DNA of 64,000 nucleotides from Deltaproteobacteria bacterium RIFCSPHIGHO2_02_FULL_40_28 (GTDB lineage Bacteria; UBA10199; 2-12-FULL-40-28): NCBI GenBank assembly GCA_001798135.1, contig MGRJ01000024.1, positions 152,514 to 216,513 of the forward strand, read 5' to 3'. Shown piece by piece: positions 53,901 to 64,000 of this stretch (position 1 is its first letter; each line of letters starts with the position of its first letter). The notes under the pieces were generated by a model. It saw only the letters and a program-made list of their open reading frames with translations, ran no database searches and was not told where the DNA came from. The position numbers and the translations under genes were made by a program.

Positions 53901-56900
53901 ATGGGGATTCGTGTTGTTATAGGCGGGGCAAACCCAGCATTATTACCTGGTAACCAAGCCCAAGATGGAGGACAAGTTGGTTCTGCATTGACTACACGGG
54001 CAGGTGATTTTTATTTTTCAGTTGTGGCTCCAAGTGTTTCTCGTTCTGCTGTTTTAAATGATACCACAGATGTAACCCAAGTTTTTGCAACCAGGCAGGC
54101 GGAAAGGTATGTGACAGCTTTTCTGAGCTATCTTACCGTTTCTCAATCTGCCGATTCTCTTTTGTTCCCTGATTGGGGGATTCAAATTTTTCAGGGCCCC
54201 CCGCTTGCTACTGGGCAAGGCAGTATTTTATTTCGAGTAGTAAGGCCGTCTTTCGCAAGTGCTACTTGGCTTTTAGATGTAGCTACCATTTATGCACAAT
54301 TTTCTAGAATAGTTCAAACCAAGACAGAAGAAGAATTAAGAGCTCATATCGCTTTTGATCGTCCCGAACGTCCTCTTTTAAGTGCTTTTAATTTTCAGTT
54401 AATGAGTGTGTTTGATGAGAGCATGGTTCTAGAGGTCACTCACTTAGTTGAAGAAGAATATTTCAGGATGGTTGAAGAAGCTTCTATTGTTTATCATCGC
54501 TTTATAGATGGGGGAGTCACAGATTCAGTTGCAGTAGCTGCTGGTTTAGCTCCTTTGATGAGGGCAGCACAAACACTCCTAAATCATATTAATATATTAA
54601 GGGGTTTCATTGCTTCTAACCCCACCGCTACCCAGTGGGAGACTACGCGAAGATTTCAGCAACTCTGTCATGATTGTAGTAATTACTTAGCCATATTACA
54701 AGGGATGCCGCAGCTTTTGTTGCCAAGCACACCTGTAACACCTGTAGAATATTCTTCTGTCTTGAATGCGCTTCTTTCTCCAGATCGTCTTGGACGAGTT
54801 TTTGAAATTCTTCCCCAAGTGGCCTCTGTGTATCAAGCAAACATTCCAGTGCATCTCGATTTATCTCCCGAACTTTGGGAAATCCCTCTCAAGGGAAGAA
54901 CAGAAGGGTTAAACCTTCGCGATGTTCTCATTAATCTTGTTTCTAATGCAGCTAAAAACACAGAAGGACAAAATGCAATTGATGTGGAAGCCAGAACAAC
55001 TGCAAAGGGATTGGCCATCACAGTTTCTGATCATGGCCGTGGGATGGATGATGCCACCTTAGGTAGAGTGTATGGTCGCTACAATCCTCATATGGGAGCT
55101 ATTCCAGGGTCTTTACATGGTATTGGTAGTTCTAGTCTTGTTGAAAGCATTGCCTCTTATGGAGGTCGCATGGTTGTTGACTCACAGGTGGGGGAAGGTA
55201 CCAGTGTTCGTCTTTTAATTCCTTGGGACGCTTTAGTTGAAGCAGAAAATATTTCCCTTGCTCCTTATGCTGTTGATAGGCCATCTCGAGGTGGTTTGGT
55301 TTTTAGAACCGATGCAGGGCAAATTCAAGTAGGAGCTCCAGATTGGACAAATAAAAATGTCATAGAACTCTATTTGGAGGAAGGAGTAGGTCAAATTCTT
55401 CGTGAAAGAGTGCCTTTTATTACGCCCGCAGTTTTTGTTGATGAACCAAATTTTAGGCATCCTCGTGCAGGATTATTTCCCTATTCTTTTCTGGGTCTTG
55501 ATTCTTTTCTTACCAAGGGACAACAAACTTTTGTAACCACTACACCCGAGGGTCAAATCCAATTAGCTAGACTTTTAGAACTAGCTTACCATGGAAATCG
55601 AAACCGCCCTGGAGGTAGAAACATTGAAAGAGAATATCCAGCTCATGCTCTTGGTATGCCAACAAACTTGGATGGAGAATTTAGTTCTTTATTTGTTTCT
55701 TCTGCAAGTGACACTCTTTGGCAGGTTAACTCCTTTGATGAAGGTGGGCGGGTCAATTTAGTGGAAGGAAAAACTCTCCGACGTCTTGATCAAGGCTGGT
55801 ATGAGTTAGAGGAAGGAGGCAAAGTAACCACTACTGTCGTCGCGGATGAAGTTCCCTATCCAGAAACCCAACTGCTTCACAGGGATGCCGATGGCGCCAG
55901 AGATTTATTGGCATTGGTAACAGAAGGTCATAGCCTTTTTTGGCCACTGGGAGCTGAGGATGGCTTTGATCCGGCGGGTACTACCAGTGGTTTTATGTTT
56001 GTTATTCCTGGGAAAGATGGACCAGAAATTACTCTCATTGATCCCCCGAGTCATACTTTAAAATATTTTCAGGAGCACCATCTTCCCTTAGAAGCAATCA
56101 CTCAGGTAATTATTACCCATGGCCATCCCGATCATTTTGGGACTGCCATAGCCGACTTAGCTCATGAAGGTTTAACTCCAAAACTTTTAACAACTCCTAC
56201 CATCTACGATGAAATTGTAGAGCAGTATGATTTAGCTATTGATGATAGAGAATTTGCAAAATGGGACTTTATTCCCCTGACTCCTCAAACTCCCTTTCGA
56301 TTGGGGAATTTTGATCTTGAATTTGAGTACAATTTGCACCCTCTTGCAACTCTTGGTTTTGAAGTGTATCAACATGCTTCGGTGGGACCAAAAAATTTAG
56401 TTCTTTCTTTTGGTGGAGATACCTATGCAGGGCTAGATTTGCTAACGCGTTTGGAAATCATCAGGTTGGAAGGACAAACCCCGCCTTTAAGCCCTGAAAG
56501 GGCGTTTCGAATTTTGCGTCAGTATTTTTTAATTCCTTTAACGCAAGGCTGGTCGCCTGAGGCTATTGTAGATCTTTATTCAAGACCCGATTCTCCTTTG
56601 ATTATTCCTGAATTCTATCGTGTTCCCTTGCATGCCTACTTGCAAACCCAGGCTGCCCAACTAGCAGTAAGATCAAATCCCCAATTTTTAATTGAGGGAG
56701 GCATTCCACCCATTCATACAGACCCAGAAGGTACAGCTCAGCTTTTAGATTTTTTAAAAACTCATGGTATCCAAACTGCTTCTACCCAGGTTTATCATCT
56801 TTCAGAAAAAAGAGCCCAAGAAACAGGTTTAAGAAAATTAAGTTCTGGTACCAGAGGAGTTTTAGACTTAACAGGCAATGCTAGAACAGAGCAGGCTTCC

Positions 56901-57350
56901 GGAATAGGTAGAGTTGTTTCTAGTTCTGTCCTTGTAGCTCTTATGGGTTTGGCTAGTGCACCTCTTGTAAAAGAAGGAAGTGTGGTGCTGCCGCTAGATG
57001 CAACAGTGGATTCTGCTGCGTTGGCAGTGGATGTTACTTTGTTAGAAGGGCTTTTGCCAGATGCACTGATCAATTTACCTCCCCATGAGTTAATTGCCAT
57101 TGGAAATGGTGCTGTGCAACAGAGTGGAGAGCCCGATTGGATGAATGGTTTAGAAGGGGGAGATAGAACTTTGGCCCTTTGGTCTCATGGAATTGCCACA
57201 GCAGCCATGGGAGAGGGGTTGTATGTTGATCCCGCAGATTTGTATGTAGAGTTGGTTGCTTCAGCAGATGATTTTGATCACCCAAGGCTTGTTGTAGGAA
57301 AAACTGGCGCTCGTTTGGCAAGAGGTTTAGAAAAAGTTCGGATAGTATAA
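53901..57350 (+). CDS. large hypothetical protein with central GHKL (histidine-kinase-like) ATPase motifs and C-terminal metallo-beta-lactamase-fold motif
   Basis: N-box LRDVLINLVSNAAKNT, G1 SDHGRGM, G2/G3 GSLHGIGSSSL...GGRMVVDSQVGEGTSVRLLIP. Downstream HxHxDH motif IITHGHPDHFG with a following GGDTY. Ala/Gly/Pro/Arg-rich and Lys-poor, unlike neighbouring proteins. SD aagagga upstream. Confidence 0.6.
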   Translation: MGIRVVIGGANPALLPGNQAQDGGQVGSALTTRAGDFYFSVVAPSVSRSAVLNDTTDVTQVFATRQAERYVTAFLSYLTVSQSADSLLFPDWGIQIFQGPPLATGQGSILFRVVRPSFASATWLLDVATIYAQFSRIVQTKTEEELRAHIAFDRPERPLLSAFNFQLMSVFDESMVLEVTHLVEEEYFRMVEEASIVYHRFIDGGVTDSVAVAAGLAPLMRAAQTLLNHINILRGFIASNPTATQWETTRRFQQLCHDCSNYLAILQGMPQLLLPSTPVTPVEYSSVLNALLSPDRLGRVFEILPQVASVYQANIPVHLDLSPELWEIPLKGRTEGLNLRDVLINLVSNAAKNTEGQNAIDVEARTTAKGLAITVSDHGRGMDDATLGRVYGRYNPHMGAIPGSLHGIGSSSLVESIASYGGRMVVDSQVGEGTSVRLLIPWDALVEAENISLAPYAVDRPSRGGLVFRTDAGQIQVGAPDWTNKNVIELYLEEGVGQILRERVPFITPAVFVDEPNFRHPRAGLFPYSFLGLDSFLTKGQQTFVTTTPEGQIQLARLLELAYHGNRNRPGGRNIEREYPAHALGMPTNLDGEFSSLFVSSASDTLWQVNSFDEGGRVNLVEGKTLRRLDQGWYELEEGGKVTTTVVADEVPYPETQLLHRDADGARDLLALVTEGHSLFWPLGAEDGFDPAGTTSGFMFVIPGKDGPEITLIDPPSHTLKYFQEHHLPLEAITQVIITHGHPDHFGTAIADLAHEGLTPKLLTTPTIYDEIVEQYDLAIDDREFAKWDFIPLTPQTPFRLGNFDLEFEYNLHPLATLGFEVYQHASVGPKNLVLSFGGDTYAGLDLLTRLEIIRLEGQTPPLSPERAFRILRQYFLIPLTQGWSPEAIVDLYSRPDSPLIIPEFYRVPLHAYLQTQAAQLAVRSNPQFLIEGGIPPIHTDPEGTAQLLDFLKTHGIQTASTQVYHLSEKRAQETGLRKLSSGTRGVLDLTGNARTEQASGIGRVVSSSVLVALMGLASAPLVKEGSVVLPLDATVDSAALAVDVTLLEGLLPDALINLPPHELIAIGNGAVQQSGEPDWMNGLEGGDRTLALWSHGIATAAMGEGLYVDPADLYVELVASADDFDHPRLVVGKTGARLARGLEKVRIV

Positions 57351-59269
57351 TGGCAGATTTTTCTGAAATTCGAAAAAGCTTAAGAGATTTTGTAGATGGA
57401 AGTGGGGATTCTCGGTTTCCTACTCTAGTAGCTTCTCTTGGTAATGGAAATAATGGAGCAGCTTTTCCTATTTGGCCTACATTGGGAGCGGTGGCTCGTG
57501 AAGAGGCTTTTCGTGCCAGTGTTGCCTTGAGAAGAATAAATGGTTTGGATGGAATGCAATTTCCCCGTGGTTTGTTCTGGCTGAATGGATATAAACGTGT
57601 TCGAGAATATTCAATCGATTATCCCGCTCGCATCATGGCAGAAGGATGGCAGGCGGAAGTTTATCTTCAAATGGCCCTCGTTTTAATGAGAATAAGAGAC
57701 TCTTCTATCGAAAGTAAAACACAAATTCTTCCTGATCTTTTTTCAATGGCATCAACTCATTATGACACAGCAGGAGCATTGGCACACAGACTTGATTTAC
57801 CCGAAGCAAATGGACTTACTGCCTTGGCCCTGCAAACCAAAAGTTGGGCTGATGCCGGATATCGTTTGAGAGAAAATCCAGAAGATTTATCAGTTCTTCA
57901 AGGATTAAAACATTTTGCTCCCATACAAACGCCAAATTATATTGTTGAAGTAAATAAAAGCTGGGAAGATAAAATTAATTTTTGTTATTGGACTTTAATC
58001 TGTGTAGCCCAGGCCTATTTAACTACAGCTACCATGATTGAAGAATGGGATTCTTCTCAACATGCACTGATAAGTCAATTGTCCCTTGCGGCCTATCAAT
58101 TAGCGAGGTGGGTTTATCAAGATACACACAATCAGCTCTTTTTAATGGGAAGAGAAGCCAGAGAATTAATGGCCTATGCCCAAAGTATGATACTAGCCCA
58201 TGATGTTTATCAAAATTCCGATGTGGCCGGGCTGGTTTTAGATCCTACACTGCCAACTCAAATTTTGGTTGATTATAAAGGAACTTTAGATGCGCCCCAA
58301 AGGGCCCATGCCTTGTTTGATAAGCTAGATGCTTCAAATGCCGCCCAAGGTTATTACTTATTTGGTACTTTCCCCTGGGAATGGCATAACCCCAGTGCTT
58401 GGGGACATGATGCCGAAAAACTGGCAAACATTTCTGAAGCCCGTCGAACATCTGGTGAAGATTGGGCGCAATTGCAAGTTCGTCATCCTAAGTTAAGAGG
58501 GGATCTTACAGGTGGAAAATATCCGATGACAAAAGAAATCCCACAAACTCATTTTGCAAGACATGTGGCCACTCTGCAAGCTGCTGGACTCAATCCAGGC
58601 ACAAGTAATGTAATTGTTCTTGATGATCAGGGGGATGTGTTAAAACGGGCAGTAGCAGCTGATGAATATCCTGAAAGTCATCGTGGTTTTATGCAAGTGG
58701 TACAACTGACAAGCGCTGGAAATCCAGGCACTCCTTCTTCGGTAGAAAAAGACTGGGAAGAAGTGGAACGCAAAATAAAACTTTCCCAAACTGGAGTATA
58801 CCAAAAAGTTCCTCCCCGATTTGATTGGCCTGATGCCTATGATCCCAGCTGGATTGAATATTTAAATCCAGATAAAAAATGGTGGATGACTCTTTTGGAT
58901 GATGCTCCCAATGCCCATGAAATAAGGGCCGGAGAAGATTATGCTCTTCTTTTTAAGAATGGGGCTTCTATTAGGGATTATTTTGACAATGGAGCTGAAA
59001 GTTGTACTCCAGAATATGAAGAGGAAATTTTAGATGTAGCAGGGGAAGACCCTATTCTTTTAGCCTGTCTGATTACTCTGTATGGTTTAATTGATGCTGC
59101 TACGTATGATGAAATTTCTGTGGCTGATTTGTATGCCATGCTGGAACCGCATTTTGAAGAGTTGGGTATTGATTCAGCAAGTCATGAAATTTATTCTGCC
59201 GGTATGGCCCGTTTTCAGAGGGCTCATGGCCTTACTCGCACCACAGCACGTCTTTTAGAGATGGTTTAA
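57350..59269 (+). CDS. large hypothetical protein, translationally coupled partner (TAATG overlap) of the GHKL/MBL protein
   Basis: 639-aa ORF whose start overlaps the upstream stop, with the same atypical composition. No recognised motifs. Confidence 0.55.
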   Translation: MADFSEIRKSLRDFVDGSGDSRFPTLVASLGNGNNGAAFPIWPTLGAVAREEAFRASVALRRINGLDGMQFPRGLFWLNGYKRVREYSIDYPARIMAEGWQAEVYLQMALVLMRIRDSSIESKTQILPDLFSMASTHYDTAGALAHRLDLPEANGLTALALQTKSWADAGYRLRENPEDLSVLQGLKHFAPIQTPNYIVEVNKSWEDKINFCYWTLICVAQAYLTTATMIEEWDSSQHALISQLSLAAYQLARWVYQDTHNQLFLMGREARELMAYAQSMILAHDVYQNSDVAGLVLDPTLPTQILVDYKGTLDAPQRAHALFDKLDASNAAQGYYLFGTFPWEWHNPSAWGHDAEKLANISEARRTSGEDWAQLQVRHPKLRGDLTGGKYPMTKEIPQTHFARHVATLQAAGLNPGTSNVIVLDDQGDVLKRAVAADEYPESHRGFMQVVQLTSAGNPGTPSSVEKDWEEVERKIKLSQTGVYQKVPPRFDWPDAYDPSWIEYLNPDKKWWMTLLDDAPNAHEIRAGEDYALLFKNGASIRDYFDNGAESCTPEYEEEILDVAGEDPILLACLITLYGLIDAATYDEISVADLYAMLEPHFEELGIDSASHEIYSAGMARFQRAHGLTRTTARLLEMV

Positions 59270-59403
59270 TCTTTAAAGTTTAAAAGCCTTTCAGAAATTT
59301 TTTTAGGCAAGGCGGCCGAAAAATCACAACCGCAGCGTACTTTTAATGGTACGTGAGGATTGGGATTTTGAGGCCAACACAGCATAAAGAAATTTATGAG
59401 AGG

Positions 59404-59706
59404 CTAGAATTCACTTTTGTGCTGACAATCATCGGGGATGGTTACCATGGCATCCCTTCCCACACTTCCCATTTCACACTTAATAGGAACTCCATTTTTT
59501 ATGGCATCTACTTTGATGTGGTAGGTATCTTGCCTGCTAGTTGGAAGAAATTCTGAAATTTCACCCGCTGATACAATGGTGGGCATGCCTTCCACGATAA
59601 CTTTAGCTGCCTGGTCCGAGTGATTAATGATGGTAAAAGCCTGGGCCTGAAAACCTAATAATAAGAAGCTTAAAAAAACAAGTATAACCACTTGATTTTG
59701 CAACAT
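59404..59706 (-). CDS. small secreted hypothetical protein
   Basis: 100-aa ORF with signal peptide LVFLSFLLLGFQAQA. Confidence 0.4.
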   Translation of the reverse strand: MLQNQVVILVFLSFLLLGFQAQAFTIINHSDQAAKVIVEGMPTIVSAGEISEFLPTSRQDTYHIKVDAIKNGVPIKCEMGSVGRDAMVTIPDDCQHKSEF

Positions 59707-59755
59707 AAAACCCCCTAGCCACCCGATGAAACTCTTATTTTAGCATGAAAACAAT

Positions 59756-59814
59756 GTAGGGGCAACCCCCCGTGGTTGCCCAAATAACGGGCAGGCACAG
59801 GGGCCTGCCCCTAC
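59756..59814. other. GC-rich nested hairpin element (outer 7-bp stem enclosing two hairpins) at the 3' end of coaE; likely terminator, same architecture as 4343-4424
   Basis: Outer gtagggg...cccctac. Inner hairpins gggcaacc-ccccgt-ggttgccc and gggcagg-cacagggg-cctgccc. Confidence 0.45.
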
Positions 59815-60401
59815 AATAATTTCTTAATTATTTTTTTTACAGCCAATTTGAGTTCCGTAAGGCTTCCCTGATTTTCGATTTCATAGGTAGCCAAGGAGCG
59901 TTTTTTGTCAATGGGCCATTGTGAGGCAAGCCTTAGGTTAATTTCTTCTTCAGAAAGACCATCTCTTTTTTTGAGTCTTTCTATTTGAAGGGTGGGGGAG
60001 GCAAAAATCAAAAGAGTTTGGTCACAGATTTTATCAAAACCAGTTTCAAACAAAAGGGGAACATCAATAAAAAAAAGTTTTGTTCTTTTCTTTTTAGCTT
60101 CAGTTATTTTTTTTTGAATTTCGGCAAGAACAAGAGGATGGAGAAGATTGTTTAATTTTTTAAGGAGATCTTGTTTTTGAAAAAGTACAGAGGCCAATTT
60201 TTTTCGATCCAGATTTTGGTTCATATCCAGATAATCTTTTCCAAAAAGAGAGATGATTTGATTTAAGATTTGAGAGTTGTGGGATACTAATGTGTGGGCA
60301 ATTTCATCAGCGCAAATAACAGTGTGTCCCATTTCACGAATCATTTGGGAAACCGTTGTTTTTCCGGTGGCAAAACCGCCTGTAAGACCAATGATTTTCA
60401 T
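59811..60401 (-). CDS. coaE: dephospho-CoA kinase
   Basis: MKIIGLTGGFATGKTT P-loop at the N-terminus, ~196 aa. Confidence 0.85.
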   Translation of the reverse strand: MKIIGLTGGFATGKTTVSQMIREMGHTVICADEIAHTLVSHNSQILNQIISLFGKDYLDMNQNLDRKKLASVLFQKQDLLKKLNNLLHPLVLAEIQKKITEAKKKRTKLFFIDVPLLFETGFDKICDQTLLIFASPTLQIERLKKRDGLSEEEINLRLASQWPIDKKRSLATYEIENQGSLTELKLAVKKIIKKLL

Positions 60402-60857
60402 TTAGGGTTCCTGGCGTTTATGTTTAATTGATAAAAGAGCTTCAATCAAGGGATAGATTGCCCTGTCTCCATAAGAAGCTATTTGTTCGATAATGACTAT
60501 GTCTGCTGTGTCATCTAAAGATTGCAAGAGCCGTTCAATAAGTGCAATAATTTTTTTCCATTCGGGAGCAAGTTTTGCATGAATTCTTTTAATTTGTGGA
60601 TTTTCCAATTCTTGTTTTTTCATTGTCCACTCAAGACTTTTTGTAAAATCTTCATTGGTCCACTCGTGATCCAGCATTTGATGGGTTTCTATCAGGCGGT
60701 CGTAAACGGTTACTTGTTTAGGATCAATTTTTAAGGCAGCTTCATAAGAAGAAAGCGCCTTTTTGTATTTTTTTTGGTTACGATGGAGATCCCCCTGGCT
60801 TACATGATGAGTAGCTGTTTTTTTCTTTCGTTGCATATTTTTAGCTTGTGCTCCCAA
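60402..60857 (-). CDS. hypothetical protein (TPR-like helical)
   Basis: 151-aa ORF lying between cca and coaE in the same orientation. Confidence 0.4.
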   Translation of the reverse strand: MGAQAKNMQRKKKTATHHVSQGDLHRNQKKYKKALSSYEAALKIDPKQVTVYDRLIETHQMLDHEWTNEDFTKSLEWTMKKQELENPQIKRIHAKLAPEWKKIIALIERLLQSLDDTADIVIIEQIASYGDRAIYPLIEALLSIKHKRQEP

Positions 60858-62235
60858 ATTTTTCTTTTACCAAGTTTTCGAGAGTTTCTTTTAGATTAAG
60901 TTCAGGATTATCTAAAACTTGTTCAACTAAAAATTTTTGAATTTGTCCTAAAAGAGGGCCTGGCTTAAATCCTAAAGCTATCAGATCATGCCCATTGATA
61001 GCTAAGTCTTTAGAACCAAAGGGTGGTTTTTTATCAATTTCTTTTTGAATTCTATGGCGTAAATTAAGGATGCCCTTCATACTATCGGGATAGCGCCCAC
61101 CTTTTTTATCGGCAATTCTTAAATCAATCAGGTCAAAAATATCTTCTTTGCCAATTTTATTAACAAAACGTCTGATAGCCCTTTCAGAATAATAAGCTTT
61201 GGTTTCAAACATATGGTGTTCTACCAGTTTTAACACTCGATCTGTATTTACTCCAACACACGTGGCCCTATAATCATTAAGCCATCGCCTTGCAATTTTT
61301 TTAGAGACAATTTGATGCCCGTAAAAGGAGATCTGTTGTTTTTTTTCATCAAAACGATGAGTATTGGGTTTGCCTGTATCGTGAAGGAGAGCTGCAAACA
61401 TAATGTCTAAATCACCTGGTCTATTCATTTCACTAGCAACTCTCGAAGCATCTAAAACTTTCATGGTATGATCATAAACATCTTCATTTTCTTTTTTAGG
61501 TTGCAACACTCCAATCATTTTTTCAATAAAGGGAAATACCTCACCTAACAGCCTGGTTTTTCGCATGATATGAAAGCCAATTGAAGGTTTTTGTGCGAGA
61601 AATAATTTTCTAATTTCTTCAATAATTCTTTCTTTGGAAATAGTTTTAATAAGAGCAGCGTGTTTTGTCATTGATTCTAAAGTGTGAGGTTCGATTTCAA
61701 AATTAAAGCGAGAAGCAAATTGAACAGCCCGTAACATGCGCAGGGGATCTTCTTCAAAAGCTTTGGAAAAAACCTGACGAATCAGTTTGTTTTTTAAATC
61801 CTTGCTTCCATGAAAGGGATCGATAAGTTGGTTAGAAGTTAAATCCATAGCCATGGCATTGATGGTAAAATCGCGACGTTCTAAATCTTTTTCAATGGGA
61901 AGATTGGGATCGAAATCAACATCAAAATCGCGGTGCCCGGTTCCTGTTGATTTTTCAACACGAGGAAGGCTTAAATCAATTTCTAAATCTGGATTATTTT
62001 TTGCACGAAATTTAAGAATACCAAAAAACTTTCCTACTTTATTAACAGTGCCCAGTTTGGAAAGAATGGAAACAATTTGCTCATAGGAAAGTTTTCTGAT
62101 GATGAGATCTAAATCTTTGTGTGGATATCCCAAGAAATAATCACGAACATTTCCACCAACAAGATAAACTTCTCCACCATGAGCTTGAAGCTTTTTTACA
62201 AAATCGAGACTTGCTATTGCATCCAATGATGACAT
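60841..62235 (-). CDS. cca: CCA-adding enzyme / poly(A) polymerase family nucleotidyltransferase with HD domain
   Basis: GGNVRDYFLG...DLDL nucleotidyltransferase head, RDFTINAMA, and an HD motif (LLHDTGKP). Confidence 0.8.
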   Translation of the reverse strand: MSSLDAIASLDFVKKLQAHGGEVYLVGGNVRDYFLGYPHKDLDLIIRKLSYEQIVSILSKLGTVNKVGKFFGILKFRAKNNPDLEIDLSLPRVEKSTGTGHRDFDVDFDPNLPIEKDLERRDFTINAMAMDLTSNQLIDPFHGSKDLKNKLIRQVFSKAFEEDPLRMLRAVQFASRFNFEIEPHTLESMTKHAALIKTISKERIIEEIRKLFLAQKPSIGFHIMRKTRLLGEVFPFIEKMIGVLQPKKENEDVYDHTMKVLDASRVASEMNRPGDLDIMFAALLHDTGKPNTHRFDEKKQQISFYGHQIVSKKIARRWLNDYRATCVGVNTDRVLKLVEHHMFETKAYYSERAIRRFVNKIGKEDIFDLIDLRIADKKGGRYPDSMKGILNLRHRIQKEIDKKPPFGSKDLAINGHDLIALGFKPGPLLGQIQKFLVEQVLDNPELNLKETLENLVKEKFGSTS

Positions 62236-62261
62236 GGGTAGTTTTTAGAGGTGCTCCTTAA

Positions 62262-63263
62262 TTAAAGAATACGGATATCTCTTTGATCACGTTCTTTTTG
62301 GAGCCAATTTTCAAAATAACCCTCGGCTAAGGTTTCTTTGGTTTTTTTAACTTCTTCTACTTTATTTTTTTCAAATGCCGCAAGATCTGCATCTATGCGC
62401 GAAACCAATTTGAAAAAATAATAAGTATCATCAAGTTTTAAAGGTTGGGATGGATAGGGATTTGAAGGTGTTAGTTTAAAAACTTCAGAAGCTAAGTTTG
62501 CGTCAAAACCATTTTCAAAAATACTGTGAGCCCCAGAAATAGAAATATCATTTAAACTTTTTTCATTGAGGCCTAATTGCTTTAATTTTTCTTGTGAAAG
62601 TTTATTTTGAAGAAAGAGAGGCCAAAGCTCATCAGGGATTATATTATTTTTAGAAATGGTATCGGGATTTAACGTAATTTTTTTAAAACTTATTTTTGTA
62701 TTGTTGGCCAAGTAAGAAAGTTTGGCTTGTTCATCAGAAATAAAAAAAGATTTATCAAGGATGGTTTTTAATTTTGAAATAAGCAGTCCTTGTTTAGTCC
62801 AAGTTTCAAAATCTATTCCATAACGATTGTAATATCCGGGACGAAAACGTTCGTGATAAAAAACCACATCGAACTTTCCATCTTTTACAAGAGAAGGGTC
62901 GCTTGTAATGTTTTCAGCTAATTCTGATTTTGTAACACGCAGTCCTTCTTTTAAAGCAACAAGTTCTAAAATTTTTCTATCAATAAGGGCATTTAACGCA
63001 CTTTGTTTAATGGTGCTTTCTAAATTTTCTGGAAGGTTTTGATAAAAAGGATTCATTTCTTTTTGGAGACGTACAAAACCAACAAGCTCATTTTCGCTAA
63101 TGGCATAGTTATCTACATAGGCTGCTGTGCTTGTGGAGTTAGTTTTATTTTGATCATCACGGAAAGGAGTACTTCCAAAGTAAAGTATAAACACCAAAGC
63201 CAAACTTCCTAAAAGAAGTTTAACAATAAAAGACGAAGCTTTTTTTCGGAGAACATTAAGCAT
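62262..63263 (-). CDS. periplasmic chaperone of the SurA/PpiD N-terminal-domain type (no PPIase motif seen)
   Basis: N-terminal membrane anchor or signal, then a SurA_N-like helical region (QSALNALIDRKILELVA). No FKBP or parvulin signature. Confidence 0.45.
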   Translation of the reverse strand: MLNVLRKKASSFIVKLLLGSLALVFILYFGSTPFRDDQNKTNSTSTAAYVDNYAISENELVGFVRLQKEMNPFYQNLPENLESTIKQSALNALIDRKILELVALKEGLRVTKSELAENITSDPSLVKDGKFDVVFYHERFRPGYYNRYGIDFETWTKQGLLISKLKTILDKSFFISDEQAKLSYLANNTKISFKKITLNPDTISKNNIIPDELWPLFLQNKLSQEKLKQLGLNEKSLNDISISGAHSIFENGFDANLASEVFKLTPSNPYPSQPLKLDDTYYFFKLVSRIDADLAAFEKNKVEEVKKTKETLAEGYFENWLQKERDQRDIRIL

Positions 63264-63354
63264 GGACGAATACTAAGATTGGAAACGTTCAAATGCAACA
63301 AATTTCTTGATAGATTTCATGGGTTTTGATAACGTTTTTCTTTACACTATTTAG

Positions 63355-64000
<646 letters not shown>

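Overview
The window is a 64-kb chromosomal segment from an AT-rich (about 36-38% GC) diderm bacterium; I could not place the organism from sequence alone. Lipoproteins, Slt, SurA-like, MMPL and CtpA genes imply an outer membrane. Housekeeping content in the core: murI, a naturally split transketolase and ctpA; a haem locus (hemN-hemJ-hemH with a divergent hemD-hemE fusion); an ABC-2 exporter, cbiX, slt and mazG; pyruvate dehydrogenase aceE-aceF-lpdA; rpoZ, nadE, livKHMGF, cstA, coaE, cca and mreB. Four tRNAs are present (Thr-CGU, Ala-CGC, Val-CAC, Arg-CCG), all with C at position 34. Accessory regions: (i) 1-7.6 kb, an island of signal-peptide proteins and lipoproteins next to a 5'-truncated DUF4143 ATPase. 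(ii) 7.7-10.9 kb, a higA relic plus a ~2-kb IS1/IS1595-like element bounded by perfect 18-bp inverted repeats that carries three passenger genes, including a retropepsin-like aspartic protease. (iii) 36.4-41.5 kb, an FHIPEP-family (SctV/FlhA) export-gate gene followed by six small translationally coupled ORFs, with no other type III secretion or flagellar core genes in the window; it sits divergent from a 1080-aa Ser/Thr-kinase/STAND/TPR protein. (iv) 52.3-59.3 kb, tRNA-Arg, then a complex palindrome, a second DUF4143 ATPase, and a coupled pair of large proteins with atypical composition (1149 aa with GHKL-ATPase and metallo-beta-lactamase motifs, plus a 639-aa partner). Several GC-rich nested-hairpin elements and long palindromes adjoin the tRNAs and the liv operon. 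No CRISPR array or rRNA was seen.
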